The notes under the pieces were generated by a model. It was not told the DNA's origin, made no database searches, and saw nothing but the letters and a program-made list of their open reading frames with translations. A stretch of 64,000 nt of DNA from Pecten maximus (taxonomy: Eukaryota): contig NC_047023.1 in assembly GCF_902652985.1 (NCBI RefSeq), positions 23,622,001 through 23,686,000 of the forward strand. Reading direction: 5' to 3'. Below, one piece after another: positions 28,101-38,700 of the stretch. Each line of letters begins with the position of its first letter. Positions within the stretch are counted from its first letter, which is position 1. Position numbers and translations under genes: made by a program.

Positions 28101-31100
28101 GCTTATGTAGATTACGAGGCAGGGAAGTACTCGCCTAAACTCCTACGATTTAATGATCTGGAGATTGATACAGTTGTGTATGATCCTACTGACGACATGA
28201 AGAAACTGGAATTGGCCAGACAGCAAGTCAGAACACTGGGTCAAGTTAGGGTAGGTTCCTGTACTCATACTCCCAACACAGATCACAGGATCAAGTTAGG
28301 ATAGGTTCCAGTTCTCATACTCCAACACAGATCACAGGGTCAATTTAGGGTAGGTTCCTGTTCTCATACTCCAACACATGTCACAGGGTCAAGTTAGGGT
28401 AGGTTCCTGTACTCATACTCCAACACAGATCACAGGGTCAAGTTAGGGTAGGTTCCTGTTCTCATACTCCAACACAGATCACAGGGTCAAGTTAGGGTAG
28501 GTTCCTGTTGTCATACTCCAACACAGATCACTGGGTCAAGTTAGGGTAGGTTCCTGTTCTCATACTCCAACACAGAACACTGGGTCAAGTTAGGGTAGGT
28601 TCCTGTTCTCATACTCCAACACAGATCACAGGGTCAAGTTAGGGTAGGTTCCTGTACATATACTCCAACACAGATCACAGGGTCAAGTTAGGGTAGGTTC
28701 CTGTTCTCATACTCCAACACAGATCACAGGGTCAAGTTAGGGTAGGTTCCTGTTGTCATACTCCAACACAGATCACAGGGTCAAGTTAGGGTAGGTTCCT
28801 GTTCTCGTACTCCAACACAGATCACAGGGTCAAGTTAGGGTGGGTTCCTGTTGTCATACTCCAACACAGATCACTGGGTCAAGTTAGGGTAGGTTCCTGT
28901 TGTCGTACTCCAACACAGATCACTGGGTCAAGTTAGGGTAGGTTCCTGTTCTCGTACTCCAACACAGATCACAGGGTCAAGTTAGGATAGGTTCCTGTAC
29001 TCATACTCCAACACAGATCACAGGGTCAAGTTAGGGTAGGTTCCTGTTCTCGTACTTCAATACAGATTACAGGGTCAAGTTAGGGTAGGTTCCTGTTCTC
29101 ATACTCCAACACAGATCACAGGGTCAAGTTAGGGTAGGTTCCTGTACTCATACTCCAACACAGATCACAGGGTCAAGTTAGGGTAGGTTCCTGTTCTCAT
29201 ACTAAAACACAGAACACAGGGTCAAGTTAGGGTAGGTTCCTGTTCTCATACTAAAACACAGAACACAGGGTCAAGATAGGGTAGGTTCCTGTTCTCATAC
29301 TAAAACACAGAACACAGGGTCAAGTTAGGGTAGGTTCCTGTTCTCATACTAAAACACAGAACACAGGGTCAAGTTAGGGTAGGTTCCTGTTCTCATACTA
29401 AAACACAGAACACAGGGTCAAGATAGGGTAGGTTCCTGTTCTCATACTAAAACACAGAACACAGGGTCAAGTTAGGGTAGGTTCCTGTTCTCGTACTCCA
29501 ACACAGACCACAGGGTCAAGTTAGGGTAGGTTCCTGTTCTCGTACTCCAACACATGTCACAGGGTCAAGTTAGGGTAGGTTCCTGTACTCATACTCCAAC
29601 ACAGATCACAGGGTCAAGTTAGGGTAGGTTCCTGTACTCATACTCCAACACAGATCACAGGGTCAAGTTAGGATAGGTTCCTGTACTCATACTCCAACAC
29701 ATGTCACAGGGTCAAGTTAGGATAGGTTCCTGTTCTCATACTCCAACACATGTCACAGGGTCAAGGTTAGAGTAGGTTCCTGTTCTTGTACTCAAACATG
29801 GGTCAAGTTAGGGTAGGTTACTTTCCCATAAGACCATTCAAGGAAGTATACGAAAGCGGTTTTTATAGAAAAATATAAGGCATGACGCCAAAACAGATTG
29901 CTTTTTTTGGCGATATATAGAGATGGCCTTTATGGCAGGTTAAATCGTTCACTTGGGTAACTTATAGTTAGAGTAGTGATTATTTAGACAGTACAATACA
30001 GTGTAATAGTTTAAAATATAATAGTTTACAGTATTATAATAGTTTACAGTGTAATAGTTTACAGTGTACTAGTTACAGTGTAATAGTTTACAGTGTAATA
30101 GTTTACAGTGTAATAGTTTACAGTGTAATAGTTTACAGTGTAATAGTTAAGTGTAATAGTTTACAGTGTAATAGTTTACAGTGTAATAGTTTACAGTGTA
30201 ATAGTTAAGTGTAATAGTTTACAGTGTAATAGTTTACAGTGTAATAGTTTACAGTGTAATAGTTAACAGTGTAATAGTTTACAGTGTAATAGTTTACAGT
30301 GTAATAGTTAACAGTGTAATAGTTTACAGTGTAATAGTTTACAGTGTAGTAGTTAGAGTGTAATAGTTTAAAATATAATTGTTTACAGTATAATAGTTTA
30401 CAGTGTAATAGTTAACAGTGTAATAGTGGTGTAATAGTTTACAGTGTAATAGTTTAGTGTAATAGTTACAGTGTAATAGTTTATAGTGTTATAGTTAACA
30501 GTGTAATAGTTCAGTGTAATAGTGGTGTAATAGTTTACAGTGTAATCGTGGTGTAATAGTTTACAGTGTAATAGTTCAGTGTAATAGTTTACAGTGTAAT
30601 AGTTTACAGTGTTATAGTTAACAGTGTAATAGTTCAGTGTAATAGTGGTGTAATAGTTTACAGTGTAATAGTTTAGTGTAATAGTTACAGTGTAATAGTT
30701 TATAGTGTAATTATAGTTTTTAGTGTAATTACAGTTTACAGTGTAATCGTGGTGTAATAGTTTACAGTGTAATAGTTAACAGTGTAATAGTTAACAGTGT
30801 AATAGTTTACAGTGTAATAGTTTACAGTGTTATAGTTAACAGTGTAATAGTTCAGTGTAATAGTTTACAGTGTAATAGTTCAGTGTAATAGTTTACAGTG
30901 TATTAGTTTGTGTTAATCTATGTTGTGTACCTCAAGTTATAAACATATGGTATAACCGTGCTAACTGACCTACAAAATTTACCTATGAATCCCACTATTT
31001 CATGACTTTTGGGTCATAAGAATCACCTGCATTCTGATATGAACCGTAATCACCTGCATCTGTACTTGAAAATCTTATTTGAGGACTAAATGTCTTTAAC

Positions 31101-34100
31101 AAAGGCTGACTTCCAACCTATGAGAATAGCGGGTTTTATTACATTTTTACCAGTGAAATATCAAAAATTATTCATTCTATAAAAGTGATATTTTTCACTA
31201 GTGAAAAATATCACTTTTGCTGATTTGACAAATCAAATTAATGATTAGAAAATACTAAAATAATTGACCAATCAGAAAGCCCGACATATATGTCAGCACC
31301 TGGACAGGGGGAACTACTTTTTTTGTTTACATTAGGCCTAGTTAGCATACGGGGTAGGTTTTTCGTTGATAAAAAATGTAATAAACAGAATATCTAACAG
31401 TGTCTTCAGTAATACCAAATATATTTCACTCGTGAGGCTAATTTTTTGATATTTTTCACTCGTGCTGCGCACTCGTGAAAAATATCAAAATATTAGCCCC
31501 ACTCGTGAAATATATTTGGTATTACTGAAGACACTGTTAGATATCCTCTATACATTTGCAGCCAAAATTTTGTTCGTTATTTCATTTCAAATATTTTATC
31601 AAATTATAATTCATACAGAATAACACAGGGTAATAAGGTCTGTTAATCTATGTGACTTACCTCTGATTATAAACTTGTCTCATAAATAAGGTTTAATAAG
31701 AATTCAGTATCAGGCTATACCTATACAAACCCTCTCCCTATTTAGTGTGTTATACTAAACTGTAATATTGAAATTTCCATAAGACATCTCCCCCACTCAG
31801 TGAAGTGGCATGAAATCATTGTACATATTATTGTATTCATCAGTTTTGTTACCATATTAAGGTGATACTTTTTCACTACAGTCATTATCATGTATTTCAG
31901 TTGGATGGAGAGACGGAGTTTGAAAAGAAAGCTAGGGAGGGGATGAATGATGAGGAGGCTCAGTTCAGTGTGGAGGTGGCCCTTGACCAGCAGGCCTTCC
32001 TTTGGTCAGACAAGTACAGGCCTCGTAAACCTCGCTTCTTCAACAGAGTTCATACGGTAAGTTAGACATCAACTTCCACTCTTGATGGTGTATCTAGGAT
32101 CAGCTAGCTATATATATAGCTGGGACTGTACTGATGTGAAATTAAGAATATCGGCAGACAACAATTTCCAAAATTTGATATTAAAACTTAAACATTGGTT
32201 ATAATATAAGATCACCATATTGGAGTATCACTACATGTACTTCATATTTGTACATCAAAAGTTATTAAGCATTGATCGAAATGTTTGGTAGTTTTCATGT
32301 ACATTGTATTTTGAAATATGCTCAATGTTTTTTTCTCAAAATGTGAACAAAATAACAACCATTCACAAGATTTACTGTCAGAGCAAGTTTTAATGACATT
32401 TTGTGCACCATCAAGTATAAGTTCCATATCTATTGATTTATTTTCTAGGGCTTTGAATGGAACAAATACAACCAGACTCATTACGACATTGACAACCCGC
32501 CTCCAAAGATTGTTCAAGGTTACAAGTTCAATGTAAGTGTTACCATGTTAATAAAAACAGTAGTCATCTTACATATCTGTGCTTTTTATAACGGAAGTTA
32601 TATCCAGTAGATTAAGGACCCTGATGGTTGTTAATATAGTAAACTTATTTAATACATGTGTATTAAGGCAGTGTATCAATGATAAAATGCAGCATTCAAA
32701 TTTTGCCATATCTCACTATTAAATGTACATGTATTTTTCCTCCATAGTATGACATTTCTATACTAACCGCTTTTGTTTTGTCTGTTGTAGATTTTCTACC
32801 CTGATCTGATAGATAAGACCGAGACTCCCCAGTACACTCTGGTAAGTAGACATAAACCTAGACTTCTGTGTGATTTCTGGTCAGTATCCTCTAAACCTAG
32901 ACTTCTATGTGATTTCTGGTCAGTATCCTCTAAACCTAGACTTGTATGTGATTTCTGGTCAGTATCCTCTAAACCTAGACTTCTGTGTGATTTCTGGTCA
33001 GCATCCTCTAAACCTAGACTTGTATGTGATTTCTGGTCAGTATCCTCTAAACCTAGACTTGTATGTGATTTCTGGTCAGTATCCTCTAAACCTAGACTTC
33101 TGTGTGATTTCTGGTCAGCATCCTCTAAACCTAGACTTGTATGTGATTTCTGGTCAGCATCCTCTAAACCTAGACTTGTATGTGATTTCTGGTAAGTAGA
33201 CATAAACCTAGACTTGTATGTGATTTCTGGTCAGCATCCTCTAAACCAAGACTTGTATGTGATTTCTTGTCAGCATCCTCTAAACCTAGACTTGTATGTA
33301 ATTTCTGGTCAGCATCCTCTAAACCTAGACTTCTGTGTGATTTCTGGTCAGCATCCTCTAAACCTAGACTTCTATGTGATTTCTTGTCTGACAGTATCCT
33401 CTAAACCTAGACTTGTATGTGATTTCTGGTCAGTATCCTCTAAACCTAGACTTGTATGTGATTTCTGGTCAGTATCCTCTAAACCTAGACTTCTATGTGA
33501 TTTCTGGTCAGTATCCTCTCTTGACTCTATCTCCACTACCCTATCTATAGGTTTCATCGCCCCATTTACTGGTTAGTTGGTAATATTTGCAGTCATTAAG
33601 ATGTTGCAAACATTAGTGATTATGCTACCTTTCATGTTGGCTTTGTTCACTGTTGCTGGTATGTTTCACTTTTGTTACTTGTTACAGACACCTATCGAAG
33701 GAGATAAAGACTTTGCTACACTCAAATTTCATGCTGGTCCCCCTTATGAGGTAAGTTATTTTTCATCATTGACAAATTTTTTTTTGGGGGGGGGGGGTTG
33801 TGTTTCTGGGAGGGAGAATTGTCTGTCATATCAGTACATAGTATATACATTATATTTTCCTCAATGACACAGCTAGGGTACCTCTACTGAATCTGATGTA
33901 GATTTTATACTTCAGTAGCTTTACACATATAAGGGTAAGAAGAAATGTTTCATCTTTATCTGGGTGACTACAATGTTAGCTGCCTAGGGTTAAACTAGGC
34001 GTTTCTCTACTGAATTAATGTTGTGAATGTGGACGGGGACTCCTGCTATACTCTTCTGTAAAATGATGAAAGGGTCTCACCCCTTCTTGTATTGGGTCGG

Positions 34101-34732
34101 GAGTTGTTTTCTTCATACCTTGGTAGCGGTAAGTGCTAATAATGGTAATGAATGAACAAAGGAATTGGAATGTTATCCACACAATATGTGTTAGTCAGTC
34201 ATCTGTTTGTGGTGGTTAAACCACTTTTGGTGTTGCACCATCGGTTGATACATGGAAACTGAATTATGGTTAGAGAAAACAATAATATAGTCCATGTATA
34301 TCATAAAGTTGTTTAAGCATCCCAATCAATTAACCTGATTTGTACTGTCTGAATTGGACAGATGCATTATTCCTTAAAATATTTTTGATTTTTTTTTTCT
34401 CTTCAGAAAATGTCAGATTTAGATTACACAATGTTTTCTCAAAAAACTTTAACTGTGGAAGATAAACAAATGTTTCTTTTCTTTTTGTGATATTTGGCGG
34501 CCACAATTAGATTTAATTATGTGATTTGAAATATAATCAGAATTATTGATGGAAATCAGTATTGATATAAAGTGTGTGTAAATATGTTTACATTTCTTTC
34601 TTTCAGGATATTGCCTTCAAAATTGTAAACAGAGAATGGGAATATTCCTACAAACATGGATTTCGGTGCCAGTTTCAAAACAACATCTTCCAACTGTGGT
34701 TCCATTTTAAGCGTTACAGATACAGGAGATGA
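16154..34732 (+). CDS. CACTIN: Cactin (spliceosome-associated splicing factor), about 729 aa, 18 coding exons
   Basis: Exons 16154-16227, 19335-19619, 20630-20753, 22473-22619, 23020-23091, 23587-23649, 23885-23939, 24204-24292, 24812-24965, 25469-25612, 26746-26855, 27371-27567, 28055-28250, 31901-32056, 32449-32532, 32791-32841, 33688-33750 and 34607-34732 (2190 nt, in frame). It has an RS-rich N-terminus and the motifs ETPEEKRARRL, GYTNADNPFGD, RIQDGRAKPIDLLAKYI, WSDKYRPRKPRFFNRVHTGFEWNKYNQTHYD, FHAGPPYEDIAFKIVNREW and QLWFHFKRYRYRR*. Confidence 0.96.
16575..17602. mobile_element. about 1.03-kb non-autonomous TIR element (GAG...CTC termini, Sola2-like) in cactin intron 1
   Basis: Perfect inverted repeat tagagcaatggagggtattatcgtcagg (16573-16600) / cctgacgataataccctccattgctcta (17577-17604). 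Flanks are TATA/TACA, a possible 4-bp TSD. Internal copies of ttatc(g/a)tcagg are present. Confidence 0.7.
18250..18990 (+). mobile_element. 5'-truncated, decayed CR1/L2-clade LINE 3' end
   Basis: The frame-shifted translation DPHKQ..LETIQRKSARYIFNNYTNRSPGTFNNMLKSLHLDSLENRHTIARLTLLYKI resembles the RT-downstream region of CR1-like ORF2. It ends in a (gaa)n tail at about 18980-18990. Confidence 0.7.
19932..20420. mobile_element. 489-bp hAT-type MITE in cactin intron 2
   Basis: TIR tagaggtgaaacagt...actgtttcaccccta. Perfect 8-bp TSD tcacctag at 19924-19931 and 20421-20428. Confidence 0.85.
20764..22431. repeat. 44/53-bp minisatellite in cactin intron 3, split by a pogo insertion
   Basis: Unit gtcctgtgtggtca(ccttgtca)gtttgtacagtagactcaccattgatctct at 20764-20969 and 22072-22431. 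Confidence 0.9.
20972..22069 (-). mobile_element. internally deleted pogo/Tigger (Tc1-mariner superfamily) DNA transposon
   Basis: 23-bp TIRs ctgtaaacgtacttattttagcg / cgctaatataagtacgtttacag flanked by TA (20970-71, 22070-71). The minus strand encodes a transposase N-terminal stub (ATG 21789) fused out of frame to a DDE_1 C-terminus, YVPASCTGELQPLDVSGNNDFK...DLKLTTLKPLHAGWMV...GWDKSGI* (stop 21329). Confidence 0.9.
24350..24811 (+). repeat. 34-bp minisatellite, about 13 copies, resembling the acceptor junction of cactin exon 9
   Basis: Unit ggcctgactaaccttgaccttgctatctatacag, compared with the real junction aataaccttgactttgttatttatttag|ggcctaacaatccctgaccttgatg (exon starts 24812). Confidence 0.9.
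25724..26405. repeat. 43-bp minisatellite, about 16 copies (cactin intron 10)
   Basis: Unit ccagtatcgtcatgaagtcatgtcagatgatctactggacata. Confidence 0.92.
28229..29820 (+). repeat. 49-bp minisatellite, about 32 copies, built from the cactin exon 13 donor junction
   Basis: Unit cagatcacagggtcaagttagg|gtaggttcctgttctcatactccaaca. The first copy includes the real donor (GT at 28251). Confidence 0.95.
29995..30908. repeat. 15-bp satellite (agtgtaatagtttac)n with shorter variants
   Basis: About 60 degenerate copies of cagtgtaatagttta. Confidence 0.92.
31134..31548. mobile_element. non-autonomous element with internal IR plus about 155-bp terminal palindrome (Crypton-like architecture)
   Basis: ttattacattttt (31136-31148) is inverted with aaaaatgtaataa (31372-31384). 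A near-perfect hairpin spans 31390-31544, centred on gctgcgc. Confidence 0.65.
32838..33519 (+). repeat. 39-bp minisatellite, about 17 copies, starting at the cactin exon 16 donor
   Basis: Unit tctg|gtcagtatcctctaaacctagacttgtatgtgatt. The real donor tctg|gtaagtagacataaacctagac (32838) recurs exactly at about 33188. Confidence 0.92.
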
Positions 34733-35762
34733 GGACACATATTTCTGATCTAGGAAATAAATTTATAAATATAACATGGAGTCAGGACAGAGAATATCTA
34801 CAGTTGTTGTACACTACTCAGTACACTCTACTTAACATAAACAAAGCCACACTTTCAGCGTGTGTTTCGATCAATAATCTCAAAGGTAATCTTTGAACAA
34901 CAGTGGAAGGAAGAGGTGAGAAACAGTGGTGTACAAATACAGGGAAGTAATAGTCACAGCATTTCTACTGTATATATATACTGAGTAAACTCTGTGATTT
35001 ATCTCTGTATGACAGAGTATGTAATGAGAAAATTATGTTTGATGTGTGTAGAAGCTGTTAAGTATGTAAATTTAGTTGGAGTTGTTACACCAACTGTATA
35101 GGTACATAGTGTACGTGTGGACCTAACTCCAGCTAGCGGAAGCTGTTAAGTATGTGGATTGAGTGGAAGTTGTTAGTGTGTACATGTGGAACTAGTGGAA
35201 GTTGTTTGTGTGTACATGTGGAACTAGTGGAAGTTGTTAATGTGTACATGTACGCGTGGATCTTGCGGAAGTTGTTAAGGGTGTGGATCTAGCAGAATCT
35301 GTATGGTGTAGAAGAATGTGGTAATGTTTCAATATTTTGCAAAAATGAGATATTAATTAATGAAAAAATGTGAAAAATGATAATGTCAAGGTACGATTGA
35401 ATCATATTGTAATGCTGTTTTATGATATGCATTACAAGAGAAAATAAAAAAAAGGCAACTCTATCTTTGGTTAAGCTCATTCTTACAATACATTGAAATG
35501 CAGAAAAATAGCTCTTAAAGAATTTGTGTCCTTTTGAGATGTCTTTATTATGTATCAGTTTCATATCTTTTATCTCAATTAAGTCACCAAAGTTCATAAA
35601 ACATTCAGTATTGTAAACCATATAGTTACAGAACTCACAGTTCATCATATAATACGTCTTGAAATTTTGTTTATATTTTGTAAAGTATTGCCATGTCTGC
35701 ATGCAAATGCCAGAGAATATTGTTTTATGATAAAGCCATCTTGGCTATTTCTTTCTTTCATA

Positions 35763-38700
35763 TTACTGTTCATACAGTGCCTCACACTGGGTTAGGAGTC
35801 GAACCAGAGGGCCCGGGTGGTACATTAGGAGGCCGCCTTCACACAAACTCTCCATCTTGAGCCTCAGTCGTATGAGTGTTGCCATGGTTTCATCAAGACA
35901 TCTGTTAACCTGCAGTTTATTGTCACAGATTTCGATGGCTTCGATATACTCTGACTGTATTGTTATCTCACTCACTGGTTTTCTGCACTGAAAATCCTCA
36001 CCAGACAAACTTGATTCTATATCCATGGTCTCCATCTTGGAAACAATTTGAGAATTGTCTGCTTCCGATTGATATTGAGATACATGATCAGATTGATATT
36101 GAGAAACATGATCAGAAAAGCCATGATCAGATTGATATTGAGATACATCCTCCTCATCCTCATCACTGCTGTACTGTCCCAACAGGGTAAGGCCCTCTGA
36201 CTTTGTCCCTGCCACACTTACTTCTGTTCCAGATTTGGTGTACTCTGGCTTACTACCAGATTCACTGCATGCTGACAGCATTTTGTCTGCAATAAATCCT
36301 TGACGGTGTTCTTCACCAGAAACACATTCCGTTTCACTCTCACATTTTGTTATAGATTCTTTGGGAGCTGGGTTATCTTGTATGGATCTAGCATTCAACT
36401 TTTCCTCCAATCCTTTTGTCTTTCTTTCATCACAGTTTTGTTTGGTTTGTTTATATGATACTCCTGAAGACTTTTGGACATCAGTCTGTACATTTTCCGT
36501 CAAGTTTTCGCCTTGATTCTCTGTGAAATGATGTCCTGAATCAGACTTCCTGTGTATTTGTTCCAAGAAATCTGTCTCCCTGTCACAAAGAGAGTCCAGG
36601 GTTTCTAGAAAAATGTCCCATTCATTGACTACACATTTCAAGTAGCGTGTAAGATACAGAAGAGCACAGGTTTCGGGAGAGGTCAAAAGGTCAACCAGTA
36701 CACTGTGGTCGAAACCGGTCATTTGTAACAGCATGTAAAATTGTCTGTGTGGGTTTATCATTATCACAAGTTTCTCCAGATATGGTCCGAGTGTATCCAG
36801 CCTAAATACAAAATCATCATATTGTCATCTCATTACAGTATAAGGTACAGAATAACATACAAATATTAACCTATGTCAATTGGTTCCATAAAAAATATTG
36901 AAAATTATGGGGCACATTTTCAAAAAATTTCAAATATAAAATCATCACATCAATACAAGACAAGGAACAAAGTTTTCAAAAGTTAGAAAAGGTGATACAT
37001 CATTAAGTTATAATTAATCTTGACTGAAAACCTCTTCCTGGTAATTACAGTGATGTAATTGATTTGGACCAAAAACTTTATTAATTACAGTGGTGTAATT
37101 GATTTGGACTGAAAACTTTATTTACAACATCATACCTGTTTCTGGTAATACAGATAGGTGATTATTTTGGACTGAATACTGATATACATAAGATATACAT
37201 ATAATTACCTCTTCCTGGTGATAGTGTAGATGTCCAACACTTCCAGTAAAGCTTCCATCAGTGTGTCATCCTGGTCACCAAACACAGATGTCATCCAGTC
37301 AAATGGTTGACTCCTGTGGTCATTACTGTGTACAGTTACAGTGGCATGGTCATTCAGTTGGAGAAGACATGTAGACAGATTTAACAAGGCTGGGTTCACT
37401 TCTGCATAGAAATGAAAGTCAGAAATATTGAAACTTTTGTATTGGAAAAAGAAGGGAAAATACACAGGGTTAAAACATTACAGTTTTTATCAAAGTTTTT
37501 ATTAATCTGAAGGTTTCTGATGTTTTATTGACCTTTTAAAAATCTTATATGGGCTGACAAAAGGCTAACCAATGCCCTATATCAGATTTGTAAAAGGCCG
37601 ATTAAACATCAGAAACCTTTGGATTAGGATTTTATTTGAATTGAAATTTCATTGGAGTTAAGACTCCAGAGCCAAAAACTAAACTGTACGACATGTTCTT
37701 TTAAACACATTTTAATAGAAATAGTCTAACATACATCTTATTGCATAAAAATGAATATATATGGTCCAATTTTTTTACCCTGATTTCACTTCCATCGTAG
37801 AATTTGTAGTGATAATACCATCATTGTTTGGATATTGTTGCCAATGGTGGTTTTAAGTTGTCCAGATACTGTAGTTTTAGTTTATATTTAGTACATGTAC
37901 TTGTGAAGGGGTAATATGGGACAAGGGTTGATATTAAAGGAAATGTCATAATGGGTTGATATTAAAGGAAATGTCATACAGTACCTGAATTTTGAATAAA
38001 ACGAACAATGGTAGCGGCCACAGACAATAGTAAAGCTGCCAACTGTCGTAGAGAAGATACATTTCCAAACTCCGTGTTGATCTGTGATTTACAGGCCCCT
38101 GTGATAAGTTTGCCTCCAAACCCAGAAGCAGAGTTATCATGTAGATATGATATTCCTCTATCAAGGGCCCATTGAAGAATTGCTGTTCCTAGTTGTAAAT
38201 AGATAGGTTCAACAGATGTCTTCAAACACAGACTTTGTCCGTAGCAGTAAAATGTTTTAAACAGATGGATCACTTGTCTAGAATAGACATGTTTCTCTGT
38301 TACATTGATCTCATTAAGAGTCTGTAGAAGAATATCATATTTCATAATCCAACACAAATCCAACTGAAGGTCATGACATTTCTTTGCTGACTTTCTCCAC
38401 AAAATAATGAATGCTGTCAGTAAAATAGATTCATCCTCTTGAAATGGAAATGTGAGCACATTTTCTACAAGCCATAGAAATCTCTGTTTTATCACATCCA
38501 GAACAGAGACTGCGAACTCTCGTTGAAGGAGGTCAGAAATAATCTCCAATACTGTGGTTTTGTTGGATGTACCAATGTCTTTACTCCCAAGGCAGTCTAA
38601 TATTCCATGGAGGCATTCTGTGATTTCTGTCTATTTTAAAAGCAGAAGGATATGTGAATTTCAACAAACAAGCAGGTGGCTTAAAATTACTTTGGTATTT

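Noticed and set aside
28229-29820. CRISPR-like appearance of this and other regularly spaced repeats
   Set aside because: The units are contiguous with no unique spacers, there are no cas genes, and the context is a eukaryotic intron.
32796-33576. ORFs with QKSHTSLGLEDTD / VISGQYPLNLD repeats
   Set aside because: They are translations of the 39-bp intronic minisatellite.
35289-35702. 137-aa minus-strand ORF downstream of lines
   Set aside because: It is AT-rich with low-complexity composition, lies in the presumed lines 3' UTR, and has no recognisable motif.
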